Shown: positions 41,746 to 51,594 of the stretch, one piece after another
How positions within the stretch are numbered: position 1 is the stretch's first letter
Layout of the letters: every line of letters starts with the position of its first letter
Assembly: GCA_019057475.1 (NCBI GenBank)
Contig: DXJO01000010.1
Span: 320,001 to 384,000, forward strand
Reading direction: 5' to 3'
DNA length: 64,000 nucleotides
Source of the DNA: Candidatus Thorarchaeota archaeon
GTDB taxonomy: Archaea; Asgardarchaeota; Thorarchaeia; Thorarchaeales; Thorarchaeaceae
Position numbers and translations under genes: made by a program
Notes under the pieces: model-generated
What the model was told of the DNA's origin: nothing
The model's database searches: none
The model's input: only the letters and a program-made list of their open reading frames with translations

Positions 41746-42441
41746 GTGGTTCCAGTGTCCGAAAAGGATGAAGTGAACTCGAAAGCTGAAGATTCACCCC
41801 TTGGGAGCGTGTTCGAAACTCTAGGTGTTGAGTTCACTGTCATTGACCTAAACTGGTCCCCCGAAGAGGAATCAGACTGGGTCCCAGAGGATGAAGAGGA
41901 AACTGAAGACGCAGAAGCTGAGGACGAAGAGGAGAGCGAAGACGCAGAAGTCGAAGAAGAAAGCGAGTTGGATGATGAACGGGAACAAATGGACCCTAAT
42001 CAACTCCTCCTGCACACACTCGCAACTATGTCCATGAGTGCAATCGAGGACTTGGACCACGACGAGCCGTACGAAAAGGTTCAGTGGATTGAAGACCTTG
42101 CGGAGCGATACCTGTGCCTTATTCCGACACAGATCCACCCTGTTGGCACTGGCTCCGGGATGTACTTGCGCTTCTGGGGATACCTCTGTGAGTTCGACCC
42201 TGAGACAGAGTCAGTCAGCGGCAGGAGGGTGACAATGTCAATCCCCTCAAAGTTAAGGAAGCAGATGGGAGCAGACCCTGAGAGCTTCTCGATGAAGGCG
42301 GACCCTGTCGATGACGCGGTCGTGTTCATGATAATCACGCAATACTACGGTCGAGAAGAGTTCGAGGTAGATGGGCAGAAGAGGAGTGCCCACAAGTTCG
42401 GAGCAATAAACCTCGTGGAGGGTCATTGGTCTGAAGACTAG
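41746..42441 (+). CDS. Acidic hypothetical protein
   Basis: 231 aa; Glu/Asp-rich repeated tract (EEETEDAEAEDEEESEDAEVEEESE), beta-rich C-half. Confidence 0.6.
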   Translation: MVPVSEKDEVNSKAEDSPLGSVFETLGVEFTVIDLNWSPEEESDWVPEDEEETEDAEAEDEEESEDAEVEEESELDDEREQMDPNQLLLHTLATMSMSAIEDLDHDEPYEKVQWIEDLAERYLCLIPTQIHPVGTGSGMYLRFWGYLCEFDPETESVSGRRVTMSIPSKLRKQMGADPESFSMKADPVDDAVVFMIITQYYGREEFEVDGQKRSAHKFGAINLVEGHWSED

Positions 42442-42649
42442 TTCAATGATTTGCAGTATCTTCGTTATCCTTCTACCCTTTGGATGATGTCAAAGGTCTT
42501 CCGTTCCACAACAGACCATTGAACTTCTCGAAGATGTCAACAGCGTGCAGACAGAGTGCGAGGGTGGCGGGCATAGTAAATAGGGCTATTCTAACGAAAC
42601 AGGTACGTCAGTATTGCTCCACCACCACAACGCATAGGTCTTTCCGATG

Positions 42650-42997
42650 TCACTGAATAATCTTTCGGAGGTCCCCTGCAGACTGGGAACAACGACTGCA
42701 CTTCAGGGCGTGTGCCCAGCACCACATGAAGGCAGCATCCTCAGACCTGCCTGTCTTGTCATAGATCAACGCAAGATGAACAAGCGCGTCTGGATTGAGG
42801 GCTTCCAACTCCAGTGACTTCACAAGAGCCTCCTCCGCCTTCTCCAGCTTGCCGTGCGACCTCAGGAACGTTCCAAGGTAGTACCATGCCTGTGCATCCT
42901 CAGGTGCGTATTCAATGCGTTCTCTTATCATCCTCTCGAACTCGCTCATAGGCTGAAGTTCGAGAGAGTGAGTTCCAGTCCTATCAGAGATTGCCAT
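42650..42997 (-). CDS. TPR protein
   Basis: PEDAQAWYYLG...AEEALVKSLEL...ALVHLALIY; C-terminal CSRC. Confidence 0.75.
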   Translation of the reverse strand: MAISDRTGTHSLELQPMSEFERMIRERIEYAPEDAQAWYYLGTFLRSHGKLEKAEEALVKSLELEALNPDALVHLALIYDKTGRSEDAAFMWCWAHALKCSRCSQSAGDLRKIIQ

Positions 42998-43007
42998 GTT
43001 GCTCCTC

Positions 43008-43919
43008 TCACTGATTCTCCTTTGACAGTACCCCCACCGCTCTCCTGACCAACCAACGCTTCTTGGGGCCGGTCACACTCATCCTTGTGCCCAACAGGTC
43101 GATGTGAAGAGTGGTCGGCACCACAGGGATGCTCCCCTTGTCGAAGAGATATCCATAGACTGCCGTGCTTACTAAGGCAGCATTGAGCCTGCAGGCTGCT
43201 GCTACTGATGGGGGTGTGCCCTGTTTTGCCCGCCTTTTGCCCAACTGGATGTCTATTCCGGTTGGTCGGGCAGACAGGAAGTTCACAGCGTAGCGTTCAA
43301 TGAATCTCTGCCACTCCTCTGAATCGGGGTCCTCAGGTATCTCTCCAAAGAACTCTCTGAAGGATGGACTCCTTTCAGGGTCGAAGATGGCAATGCCAGC
43401 GCCCCACCCAATGACGGGACAGGTGAACACCGGAATGCCTTTCTCCCGTGCAAGGTCGAACATCCTCTCTCTCAGGTGCATCACAGAGACATCGAGCCCG
43501 TCAATGACGATGTCTGCGCCATCTACGAACTCCTCCACGTTGTCCCATGTGACACCGTCAACGTAGGCTCTAACATCCGCATCCGGATTGATCTCAAGAA
43601 TCTCCTGAGCAATCACATCTGCCTTGTTACGGAACATAGTGGACATCCTAGCACCGAGCTGACGGTTGAAGTTAGAGACCTCGAACACATCGGGGTCTGC
43701 AATCCTGAAGTGTTGAAAGCCCATTTGGGCAAGGGTGATGGTGACATCCGAGTTACCACCGACCCCAGCCTGAGCAATCACAACCCTGGATATCATCTGC
43801 TGCTCCACAGACGTGACTATCCCTGTGTTCCGGTCTGTCATCCTTAGGTAGTGGTCGTCAACTGCATGGAACTCGGGGAGGACACCATCCCACCACTTTG
43901 GCTCTGCATCTGACGACAT
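43008..43919 (-). CDS. ThiF/E1-like adenylyltransferase family protein
   Basis: AGVGGN, ADPDVFEVSNFNRQ, K...EINP, DIVIDGLD; lacks the MoeB CxxC zinc motifs. Confidence 0.85.
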   Translation of the reverse strand: MSSDAEPKWWDGVLPEFHAVDDHYLRMTDRNTGIVTSVEQQMISRVVIAQAGVGGNSDVTITLAQMGFQHFRIADPDVFEVSNFNRQLGARMSTMFRNKADVIAQEILEINPDADVRAYVDGVTWDNVEEFVDGADIVIDGLDVSVMHLRERMFDLAREKGIPVFTCPVIGWGAGIAIFDPERSPSFREFFGEIPEDPDSEEWQRFIERYAVNFLSARPTGIDIQLGKRRAKQGTPPSVAAACRLNAALVSTAVYGYLFDKGSIPVVPTTLHIDLLGTRMSVTGPKKRWLVRRAVGVLSKENQ

Positions 43920-43920
43920 C

Positions 43921-45462
43921 TCACGCCGCCTCGCATACTGCCAACACCGACATGTCTGTTGTCAGCGGTACAGGCTTTGCTTGAAGGTGAGTTGCTTTCA
44001 CAAGCTCTTCATGTTGTGACGTTCTCATCTTTGCAAGTGTGGTTGGACCAAGGCCTCCCATTGCGCGAGAGTTGAGGAATTCCCAGTTGGCCTCTCCTAG
44101 AGCGTCCTCAAAGGCATTGACGAAATCTACCGAATCCACGTCACCACGAAACATGCCCGCGATTGTGTAGTGAGGTATCGGACCATCAATAACACCGACC
44201 ACTGAATAGTCCATGAGGTGCGCACCCGTTACCAAACAAGCCTTTGCCATAGCATCAATCACATGAACATCACTGAGCTTTTCACCTGCAAGACTCACAA
44301 CGTTACCCTTGCGACTGATGTGGCGAACAGTGTACGGGTCGATGTTGGAGATTGTGACCATGTCTCCAACTCTATATCTGTACCAACCGTTGCTATTTGT
44401 AAGCAGCATTTCATACCTGCTGCCCTTCTTCACGTCTGAGAGGGGAATCACTGTAGGCTCCTCACAATCAATCTCGGCCTCTGGGATAAATTCGAAGTAG
44501 TTTAGGTCGGGCATGAGTTGTATGCCCGGTTCTGGGAGAATCTGGGACGCCATGTAAGCTTCAGATGACGCATAACCTTCCCACACTGTGACTTGAGGTA
44601 GAATCTTGGCAATCCATTCTCTGTAAGGCTCAACATCAATCCCTCCACTAGCGAACAGCCGCAGGTTAGGCCACAGCTCAGCCACGTCAACCTTGCCATC
44701 GGAGTCCATCGCCCTGCGCAGTCGCTTTTCGTGCTTCGTGCCCTTGAGCTGCTCAAGAAGCCACGGACCGTACTGGTTCTCCATGCGACGGACAAAGGCT
44801 AGACTCAATGTGGCGATACCTTGGAGTGCAGTCACATCACGGGTTGCACAGCACATCGCATATGCCCGCATTTTCTCCTCCATGTCCTGAATCCTGAATA
44901 CATCTGGACCCGGCGAGATTAGACGCGCGAAAACCTTGTTGGCCTTTCGCACATAGAGGCCTGAACCGTATCCCAGGGGCACTCCGTTGATATCTCCAAA
45001 GACCGCTGGGGCACCAAACATAATCATCGATCCATCCAGAATCTTCGTGTTGTCAGGGTGCTGGTTCATGAATCCCATCCACATGCGTGCACCGCCAACT
45101 GAAGCGGTCTTCAACCCCGATGGCGTGATGGGCATATCCTTTGGCTTGCCTGTGGAACCAGAAGTTCTCAGGTACCAGATTACAGGCTCTGCTGTCATTA
45201 TCTTTCCTGTTGGATTCCGATAGACCTCTTCCAAAATGGGCCTCATCTTATTGTAATCCGTTAGGGGAACTCTTTCCGCGTATTCCTCGGGAGAAGCAAT
45301 AGACTCAAAGTCATAATCGCGACCTAGGACAGTGTCCTGATTACGGTTAAGTATCGAAGTCAGTAAGTCTTCAGTCACCTCTACGGGGTGATTGAGAACA
45401 TGCTCAATCTCCCGAGCTTTTCGTTTCGCTACAACCGAAACGATTCGTCTCATGATTGACAT
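43921..45462 (-). CDS. GH3-family acyl-acid amido synthetase
   Basis: RVPLTDY, RTSGSTG.PK, YASSE, FEFIP, GWYRYRVGD, AGEKL. Confidence 0.88.
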   Translation of the reverse strand: MSIMRRIVSVVAKRKAREIEHVLNHPVEVTEDLLTSILNRNQDTVLGRDYDFESIASPEEYAERVPLTDYNKMRPILEEVYRNPTGKIMTAEPVIWYLRTSGSTGKPKDMPITPSGLKTASVGGARMWMGFMNQHPDNTKILDGSMIMFGAPAVFGDINGVPLGYGSGLYVRKANKVFARLISPGPDVFRIQDMEEKMRAYAMCCATRDVTALQGIATLSLAFVRRMENQYGPWLLEQLKGTKHEKRLRRAMDSDGKVDVAELWPNLRLFASGGIDVEPYREWIAKILPQVTVWEGYASSEAYMASQILPEPGIQLMPDLNYFEFIPEAEIDCEEPTVIPLSDVKKGSRYEMLLTNSNGWYRYRVGDMVTISNIDPYTVRHISRKGNVVSLAGEKLSDVHVIDAMAKACLVTGAHLMDYSVVGVIDGPIPHYTIAGMFRGDVDSVDFVNAFEDALGEANWEFLNSRAMGGLGPTTLAKMRTSQHEELVKATHLQAKPVPLTTDMSVLAVCEAA

Positions 45463-46221
45463 CTGCTCGAATCCTCCTTGCAGCCCGGGACACAAGTCCA
45501 AGATTGCCTTGTAAGATTACGAGTTCTAGAATATCTTAAGTGGTGGCTCCGGAGCGTCAGGGCATTTTGGGCCGTATACGTGGGCCTTGCTCGTTGAAGG
45601 CCCGTTTAGAATACCTAACCTCATATAAGACGGCCTCAAATCATCAACAGGGCGTTATGAGCAGAGATAGACTGGTGCGACCGTGATAGTCTGTACCCTA
45701 TTGAGAAAAAACCCTGCTTCTTCAAAGATTGTCCAATAAGGAGAAGGATTGGCGGCTAATGCTCGAGAGCTCCGACCACCGTATGGTGACATAGGGGGGA
45801 CCGAACCGTGCACTGAAACTCGGTCCTTTCTGAAGCAATGAATCTCTCTTTCTATCTGATCCAGCCGGCGCGTGTCAGTGTTCGCTCAGACACGGCGGCA
45901 AATTGCTAGAAGCCCGCGATATCCGTTGGTCTTCCCCGGCACAATGGCGCTCCTCTTGCAGAGTCCAACATGCACCCAAACTTGCCGATAGGTTCGCAAC
46001 AGGGTACAGATTATCACGGTTGAGGACTCCAATAATGCCACATAATGCCCACATCAGCACAGGGGGGCCTATGGGCTCCTTTGTTAACTTCTAAAGAAAG
46101 AATAGGGCCCCATCAGGCGGGCAGGGTGAGAATAGGTCTACTTGCACGTTCTCGGTAGTTTGAATATAGTTTGTTCTCACTGATTGCATCATACAGTGAG
46201 AGCACTGGGAGCGTATGTTCA

Positions 46222-46953
46222 GTGTCGAGGCTTGAACGAATACTAAAAGCTTCAATTGGTCAAGAGGGTCCGGAGACGGACTTGACCATGTTCTTCCAAA
46301 TGGAGTACAACACCCCTGACAGAAGCGTCATACGAGCGCGGATGGTCACCGACCAAAGCATCGCAGTGACTATCGGGCTGAGGAGCGCGATACTTGAACC
46401 CTTTAAGAGATTCCACATACCCTCAGATGGCGAATTCCTTGCGTGCGACATTCTAGGACTGATACCCGCTGTTGCAGTGATGCTGCGGAATCAGAGTCGA
46501 GGGGTGGCTGCGGGAACCATCGAGCGGGACTCGACAACGCGAATCATACTTGCATTCGAGTCTGAGATACCCATGAAAGACAATGGACTGAGAGATCTAG
46601 CATCCACCATCACCTGTACGATGCGGCAGTGGGGTGAGTGGACCAATGTGTTGCTCGGGACTCTTGATCGCGATCCTGTAGTGGGTGACTGGGAAATTGA
46701 CTGGCGTGAGTTTCTTGCTGGAGAGGCTGGATTCGTTACGATGCCGTGGTTCAGATCACTTGGCTTTCAGGACCGCAAGATCGCGCTCTCTAGGACAATA
46801 CTGGCGGCTGAGGCTTTGCTAATCTCAGTTCTCAATAGAAAGCAGCTCATAGACCCCGTCGCAATGCAGGTTCGGGACTGGATGAAATCGCTCAGCCCAC
46901 AGCCACACGTCACTGGATCTCATTACATCACTTTGGAAGAGGAGGTATTCTGA
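46222..46953 (+). CDS. Hypothetical protein, first gene of the 15-gene operon
   Basis: Long ORF, GTG start; stop overlaps the next ATG (TGATG). Confidence 0.7.
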   Translation: MSRLERILKASIGQEGPETDLTMFFQMEYNTPDRSVIRARMVTDQSIAVTIGLRSAILEPFKRFHIPSDGEFLACDILGLIPAVAVMLRNQSRGVAAGTIERDSTTRIILAFESEIPMKDNGLRDLASTITCTMRQWGEWTNVLLGTLDRDPVVGDWEIDWREFLAGEAGFVTMPWFRSLGFQDRKIALSRTILAAEALLISVLNRKQLIDPVAMQVRDWMKSLSPQPHVTGSHYITLEEEVF

Positions 46954-47420
46954 TGGTATTGGTTAATGACTTTCACAACTCCGCGCGAACAATCTACAGT
47001 CCGATAGTAGATACCGCTTGGCTCGCTGGAGCACTGGCTGGGACTGACCATGCAGGTTCACGGAATGGGGACTGGTACTGGGCTCGATTCTTGGATGAGG
47101 TGAAAGAGATGGCATCGCTAGCAGGGAGTGTTCGACCCACTGAACCCGGAGCAGAGCCGGATGACAATGGATCAGTCTACGATGTTATTGGAGGATACAT
47201 CAGCACTGCAGGACGATTCACACAGGAGGGCTTGAGGTTCAAGGTGCCTGTGAGCAGGCAGCAAAAGATGGTTGGCCTGTTCGGGGGAATCCTCCTGAGA
47301 GAGCATGAAGATATGATTGTGAGAGGTTATGACCTCTCAAAATTCACCAGGCTGGTTCCTATCAGGGGGCCACTGGCTGATAGGATTAGCAAGACGAAGA
47401 GTACGGAGGTAATGAAATGA
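46953..47420 (+). CDS. Hypothetical protein
   Basis: 155 aa, translationally coupled at both ends; GAGGAGG SD. Confidence 0.7.
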   Translation: MVLVNDFHNSARTIYSPIVDTAWLAGALAGTDHAGSRNGDWYWARFLDEVKEMASLAGSVRPTEPGAEPDDNGSVYDVIGGYISTAGRFTQEGLRFKVPVSRQQKMVGLFGGILLREHEDMIVRGYDLSKFTRLVPIRGPLADRISKTKSTEVMK

Positions 47421-48565
47421 CAGAGCTTACAGAGGTTCCAGGAGTCGGTTCCGTTGCAGCAAAGCAACTGAAGAACGCCTACATCACGACTGCGGAGCTG
47501 TTGGCCGTACAGAATGCCGACGAGCTGAATAATAAGGTAACACTTGGCGAGGGCACATGCACGAATATAATCCTGGCGGCCAGAGAGCTGCTTGGGATGT
47601 TCGCCTTCAAGTCTGCCCTTGAGGTCGAGAAGGAGAATGAGTCCAAGCCCCGGCTGAAGATAGGGCTTGAAAACGTTGACAGGCAACTGCTTGGAGGTCT
47701 TGAAATTGGCTCCCTTGTGGAGTTCTATGGCAAAGCCTCAGGCGGCAAGACACAAATGTGCGCCCACCTTGCGATAAGATGTCAGCTTCCCTTCGATGAG
47801 GGCGGCATTGAGGGTCGCGTAATATGGCTTGACAGTGAGTCATCATTCAAGACATCAATACTACGTGCGAACGCGAAGAGGTGGGGGCTTGACCCCGAAG
47901 TGGCTTTGGGCAACATTCAGACGATGCCTATAGTCACCTCGTACCATCTGGAACAACTCTTCGCCCGGATTCCACAGATGTGCATTGAACAGGGCATCAA
48001 GATGGTGGTCGTTGACTCACTGACCGGATTCTTTCGGGCAGAGCATGGGGGATTGGGTTCACTCGCTGTGCGACAACAGAGGATCAACAGGCTCCTGAAC
48101 CTCATGCGCCGAGTGGCAATGGCGACTGACGTGATGTTCGTCTACAGCAATCAAGCCATCTCAAGGATCGGTCCATTCCCCGTGCTGAACGCCCCGGTGG
48201 GAGGGCATATAGTATCGCACGCGTCTGATTATCGCTTCATGTCAACAGAGGGAAAGAGCGGAAAGCGCAAGCTGTACCTCAAGGACCATGCTGGGCTAGC
48301 TAACTTCAATGTTGAATTCAGCATAGGGTGGGGTGGATTCTACAACGACGAGAACGAGAGGAAAAAGATCGAACCCAAAATAGTGGAATACCTCAAGAGC
48401 AAGGACATATCCGCCGAGATACAGGAGAAGGACAAGAAGAAGGAGACAAAGAAGGTCAAGAAAGCCGAGAAGACCAAGAAGACAAAGAAATCAAAGAAGG
48501 CAGAAGCCAAGGCTGAAACCGAGGTAAAGCTGGAGGCGGAGGTAGTGCTGAAAGCAGAGGGTTAA
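47417..48565 (+). CDS. RadA/Rad51-like recombinase paralog with N-terminal HhH domain and Lys-rich tail
   Basis: LTEVPGVG (HhH), EFYGKASGGKTQ Walker A, QLP...GG, WLDSESSF, VVVDSLTGFFRAE, SNQ, PVGGHIVSHAS. Confidence 0.88.
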   Translation: MTELTEVPGVGSVAAKQLKNAYITTAELLAVQNADELNNKVTLGEGTCTNIILAARELLGMFAFKSALEVEKENESKPRLKIGLENVDRQLLGGLEIGSLVEFYGKASGGKTQMCAHLAIRCQLPFDEGGIEGRVIWLDSESSFKTSILRANAKRWGLDPEVALGNIQTMPIVTSYHLEQLFARIPQMCIEQGIKMVVVDSLTGFFRAEHGGLGSLAVRQQRINRLLNLMRRVAMATDVMFVYSNQAISRIGPFPVLNAPVGGHIVSHASDYRFMSTEGKSGKRKLYLKDHAGLANFNVEFSIGWGGFYNDENERKKIEPKIVEYLKSKDISAEIQEKDKKKETKKVKKAEKTKKTKKSKKAEAKAETEVKLEAEVVLKAEG

Positions 48566-48569
48566 GGCG

Positions 48570-49010
48570 ATGAGCGGCATGTTTAGAATATACAAATGCC
48601 CCTCCTGTGGCGCGATTGCCTACACGAGCGTGGAGAACGAGCAGGAAACCAGCATGTGTGGCTTGTGTAGAGGCCTAATCCTTGACGAGCCTGGCATACT
48701 CTACTCTGCAACAATCAACCAAGCTGAAGACCTTGTCGCAGAGATGGTCCTCCATAACATGTCGGAAAATAAAGTATCAACACCAACGAGCGGGCTCGGT
48801 GTGAGGCGCAGAGTGCTCAACATTATCGAGTGCCTTGTGGAGCTAAACAAGGGAAGGCCAGTGAACATTGACAGTGTGCTTAAGGAATGTGTGGGTGCCA
48901 AAATCAAGACCGAGAGGAGCCTCCATTTCCTAGATGTGCTTGAGGGCCAGGGACTGGTCATAGTTGATAGTGGTCATGTCAGTCTGGGCGAGGAGGGCAC
49001 AGACCCTTGA
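48570..49010 (+). CDS. Zinc-ribbon plus winged-helix protein
   Basis: CPSC...CGLC; C-terminal VLNIIECL...FLDVLEGQGLVI wHTH pattern. Confidence 0.65.
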   Translation: MSGMFRIYKCPSCGAIAYTSVENEQETSMCGLCRGLILDEPGILYSATINQAEDLVAEMVLHNMSENKVSTPTSGLGVRRRVLNIIECLVELNKGRPVNIDSVLKECVGAKIKTERSLHFLDVLEGQGLVIVDSGHVSLGEEGTDP

Positions 49011-49618
49011 CCCACCTGTATGTCCCCCCCTCATCAAACAATGTGACGCCCAGCTCCACAATCAATCTTGTCAATCTACTGATGAGAAACACTAGCAGAC
49101 GAGTGACGGTACTCCAAGTAGGAGGAAAAGTGGATCCTGACCCAGAGGTATATGTTGTCACCCGGGTGGACTGGCGGGATAAGGATCTCAACAGGCCGAT
49201 TTTGCCCCAATTGCCAAAGGTGCTTTCGATGCTGGAAACTCTTCGAGGCTCTAGGGGTGTGCCCAAGGAGATTTACCTTGACAGTACGGATGGTGTTGTA
49301 TGCTACATACCAACCGGCATCAGAATGTCTCAGCTACCAAGCAGCGCCAAAGCATCAGTTCAATTCATCATGTCTGTAGCAAACCAAACGGTTAGCCACT
49401 TCGATTCGACACGGTCTGAGGTCGAGGACTGGTTCTGGAGGACAGCTCGCAAGAGTGGCTTCAATCCCGAGATTGTCGAGAGGATTGCCCGAAGGGAGAA
49501 GCACTACGACTCGCCATCTCACGAGCACAGGTTTAGCAAGGTCATAGAGAACTACTTCTCTCTGAGGTTCAAAGTCTATCGAGCAGAATCATGCCTGAAG
49601 CTGGAGGGAGCGTATTGA
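49007..49618 (+). CDS. Hypothetical protein
   Basis: 203 aa, overlapping start and stop with both neighbours. Confidence 0.7.
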   Translation: MTHLYVPPSSNNVTPSSTINLVNLLMRNTSRRVTVLQVGGKVDPDPEVYVVTRVDWRDKDLNRPILPQLPKVLSMLETLRGSRGVPKEIYLDSTDGVVCYIPTGIRMSQLPSSAKASVQFIMSVANQTVSHFDSTRSEVEDWFWRTARKSGFNPEIVERIARREKHYDSPSHEHRFSKVIENYFSLRFKVYRAESCLKLEGAY

Positions 49619-51594
49619 TGGATGTGATGCGATGGTTCCCGTACACTCCAAGACCTCAGCAGGATCGGGCCGTGACGCATGCTGCCCATGTGTTCCAAGA
49701 TAAGACAGTGGGCCTGCTATCTGCAGATTGTGGAGTAGGAAAGACAATTGCTGTACTCTCAGCGTATCTTGCAGTACGGGCGAAAGATGCATCATCGCGG
49801 TTGATTGTCCTTGCCAGGACGCACTCGCAGTCAAAAGTCTTTGAGGATGAGCTTAGAGTTCTCAGGGAGGAACCGGCCGCAATATCAGATGGACTCCAAT
49901 TGACGGCCACGAGTATGGTTTCACGGGGGCATGTCTGTCCATTGACCGACAAGATGAACTCGGTGTCGTCAGTCGGGTTCCTACGTGCATGCGCACAGAT
50001 GATAGGCTCAGGAAAGTGCAGCATGTACTGGAGTTTCTACAAACGGGGCGCCGAGGGTCGGCCTCAAATCCGCGACGCTGCCCGGCAAACTGTTGATGCC
50101 CTGCTGAATGAGGGCGTGGTCACTCGGGATGAAGCGGAGGACATGGGGCTCTCGGAAGGAGTATGCCCGTATGAGGTCTTGAGGTGGTGTGCGCGCAATA
50201 GTAGAGTAGTAATTGGTCCATACGGCTACCTATTCAGGGAGAGAGTGCGGAATGCGCTCCTCTCGTCGCTTGGAATGAGCTTACATGAAGTCGACTTGAT
50301 TGTCGATGAAGCACACAACCTAGCATCCCATGTACTGGGCTCGGAAACCGCGTGTGTCAGTCTATCAGACCTTGAATGGCTGAGAAAGCATGACACCGAG
50401 ATAGAGCGTGAAACGCAGGTCGAATGGCTCCCTGAGGCGGTTGACTTTCTCTGGGAAACCGTGATGACCAACCTTGATAATATCCACTCCGAAAAGAACC
50501 TTGAGAAGTGGGATGTACTGCCAAGGTTTGTAGATGAGTCACAGATACAAAATCTACTGCTTGGGACGAAGATTGGTCTGGATGAGTCTGATGGCACAGT
50601 ACCCACGGAGACCCCGCTGGATCGATTAGTAGAGTTCCTCTACACGGGGCACCGAGCAGTTCTGAGTGAGGACTGGCATGTCACGCTAGAGGTCAGAAAG
50701 CCTTGGAGGCAAGAGTCGAATAGCCGTGATGCCGATCTGAAGATCAGACCACTGAACGCCGCTGGATTATCAGCTCCCGTACTCAGAGGTGCAAGGTCTG
50801 CGTTGCTTATGTCCGGTACTTTGAGGCCACTGCAGCACTATGCGGATCTGTTGGGAGTGTCAGGTGCCCTGATGGAGAGCCTGATGAGTCCGTACCCCCA
50901 TGGGAGTCGCCTTGTGCTCATTGACAAGGACATCACAACCAAGTATACAGCGCGGGGCGAACGGCTGTGGAGGACCATAGCAAGAAGAATCTCGACAACC
51001 TTGACAGCGATGCCCTCCGAGAAGAGCGCTCTAATTGCCTTCCCTAGCTACAGGATGATGGAGGATGTTCTGAGCTACGGCATAGATTGTGGATTCAGAG
51101 CAAGGCTAGAGGAAGCTCCAGGAGATCGCATTGAGATTGTTAAGGACGCACTTGAGGAAGGGCCCCATACGGTGTTTTGTGTATATGGAGGCAAGTTCTC
51201 TGAGGGCGTTGACCTCGTGGAGGGCGGGTCGAGCATGGTTGACCTGATTATCGGGGTTGGGATTCCATTCAGTCCCCCAACCAGCTACCAAAAAGCCCTT
51301 CAAGAATGGTACGAGAGAAGATTCGGGAAGGGTGCAGGCTACTACTACTCGTCAATTGTACCGTCTTTTCGCATGGTTGCACAGCTTGTAGGTAGACTTC
51401 GACGGAGTCCTGAGGATCGGGGGGTGGTCGTGCTTCTCGACAAAAGGTTCCAGCAACACATCAGAGTCTTTGGAGATGACATGGTTTCGGACCACTGGCC
51501 CTACTCAGGAGAGGACGAGATGAGGGGTGCCATTGATCTATTTGTAAGCCAGAGGAACAGAACGGAGGAGGCGAAGGGAGCGGTTGGCGTCTAG
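49618..51594 (+). CDS. XPD/DinG/Rad3-family Fe-S DNA helicase
   Basis: FPY.PRPQQ, DCGVGKT, ARTHSQ, four Fe-S Cys (VCPL, AC, KC, CPYE), VDEAHNL, MSGTL, FPSY, SEGVD, GIPF, QLVGRLRRS. Confidence 0.88.
   Translation: MDVMRWFPYTPRPQQDRAVTHAAHVFQDKTVGLLSADCGVGKTIAVLSAYLAVRAKDASSRLIVLARTHSQSKVFEDELRVLREEPAAISDGLQLTATSMVSRGHVCPLTDKMNSVSSVGFLRACAQMIGSGKCSMYWSFYKRGAEGRPQIRDAARQTVDALLNEGVVTRDEAEDMGLSEGVCPYEVLRWCARNSRVVIGPYGYLFRERVRNALLSSLGMSLHEVDLIVDEAHNLASHVLGSETACVSLSDLEWLRKHDTEIERETQVEWLPEAVDFLWETVMTNLDNIHSEKNLEKWDVLPRFVDESQIQNLLLGTKIGLDESDGTVPTETPLDRLVEFLYTGHRAVLSEDWHVTLEVRKPWRQESNSRDADLKIRPLNAAGLSAPVLRGARSALLMSGTLRPLQHYADLLGVSGALMESLMSPYPHGSRLVLIDKDITTKYTARGERLWRTIARRISTTLTAMPSEKSALIAFPSYRMMEDVLSYGIDCGFRARLEEAPGDRIEIVKDALEEGPHTVFCVYGGKFSEGVDLVEGGSSMVDLIIGVGIPFSPPTSYQKALQEWYERRFGKGAGYYYSSIVPSFRMVAQLVGRLRRSPEDRGVVVLLDKRFQQHIRVFGDDMVSDHWPYSGEDEMRGAIDLFVSQRNRTEEAKGAVGV

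Noticed and set aside
45785-45835. SECIS-like hairpin (GUGA...AA...UGA)
   Set aside because: Three extra nucleotides break the GA/GA quartet geometry, and no upstream + strand gene has a plausible in-frame UGA
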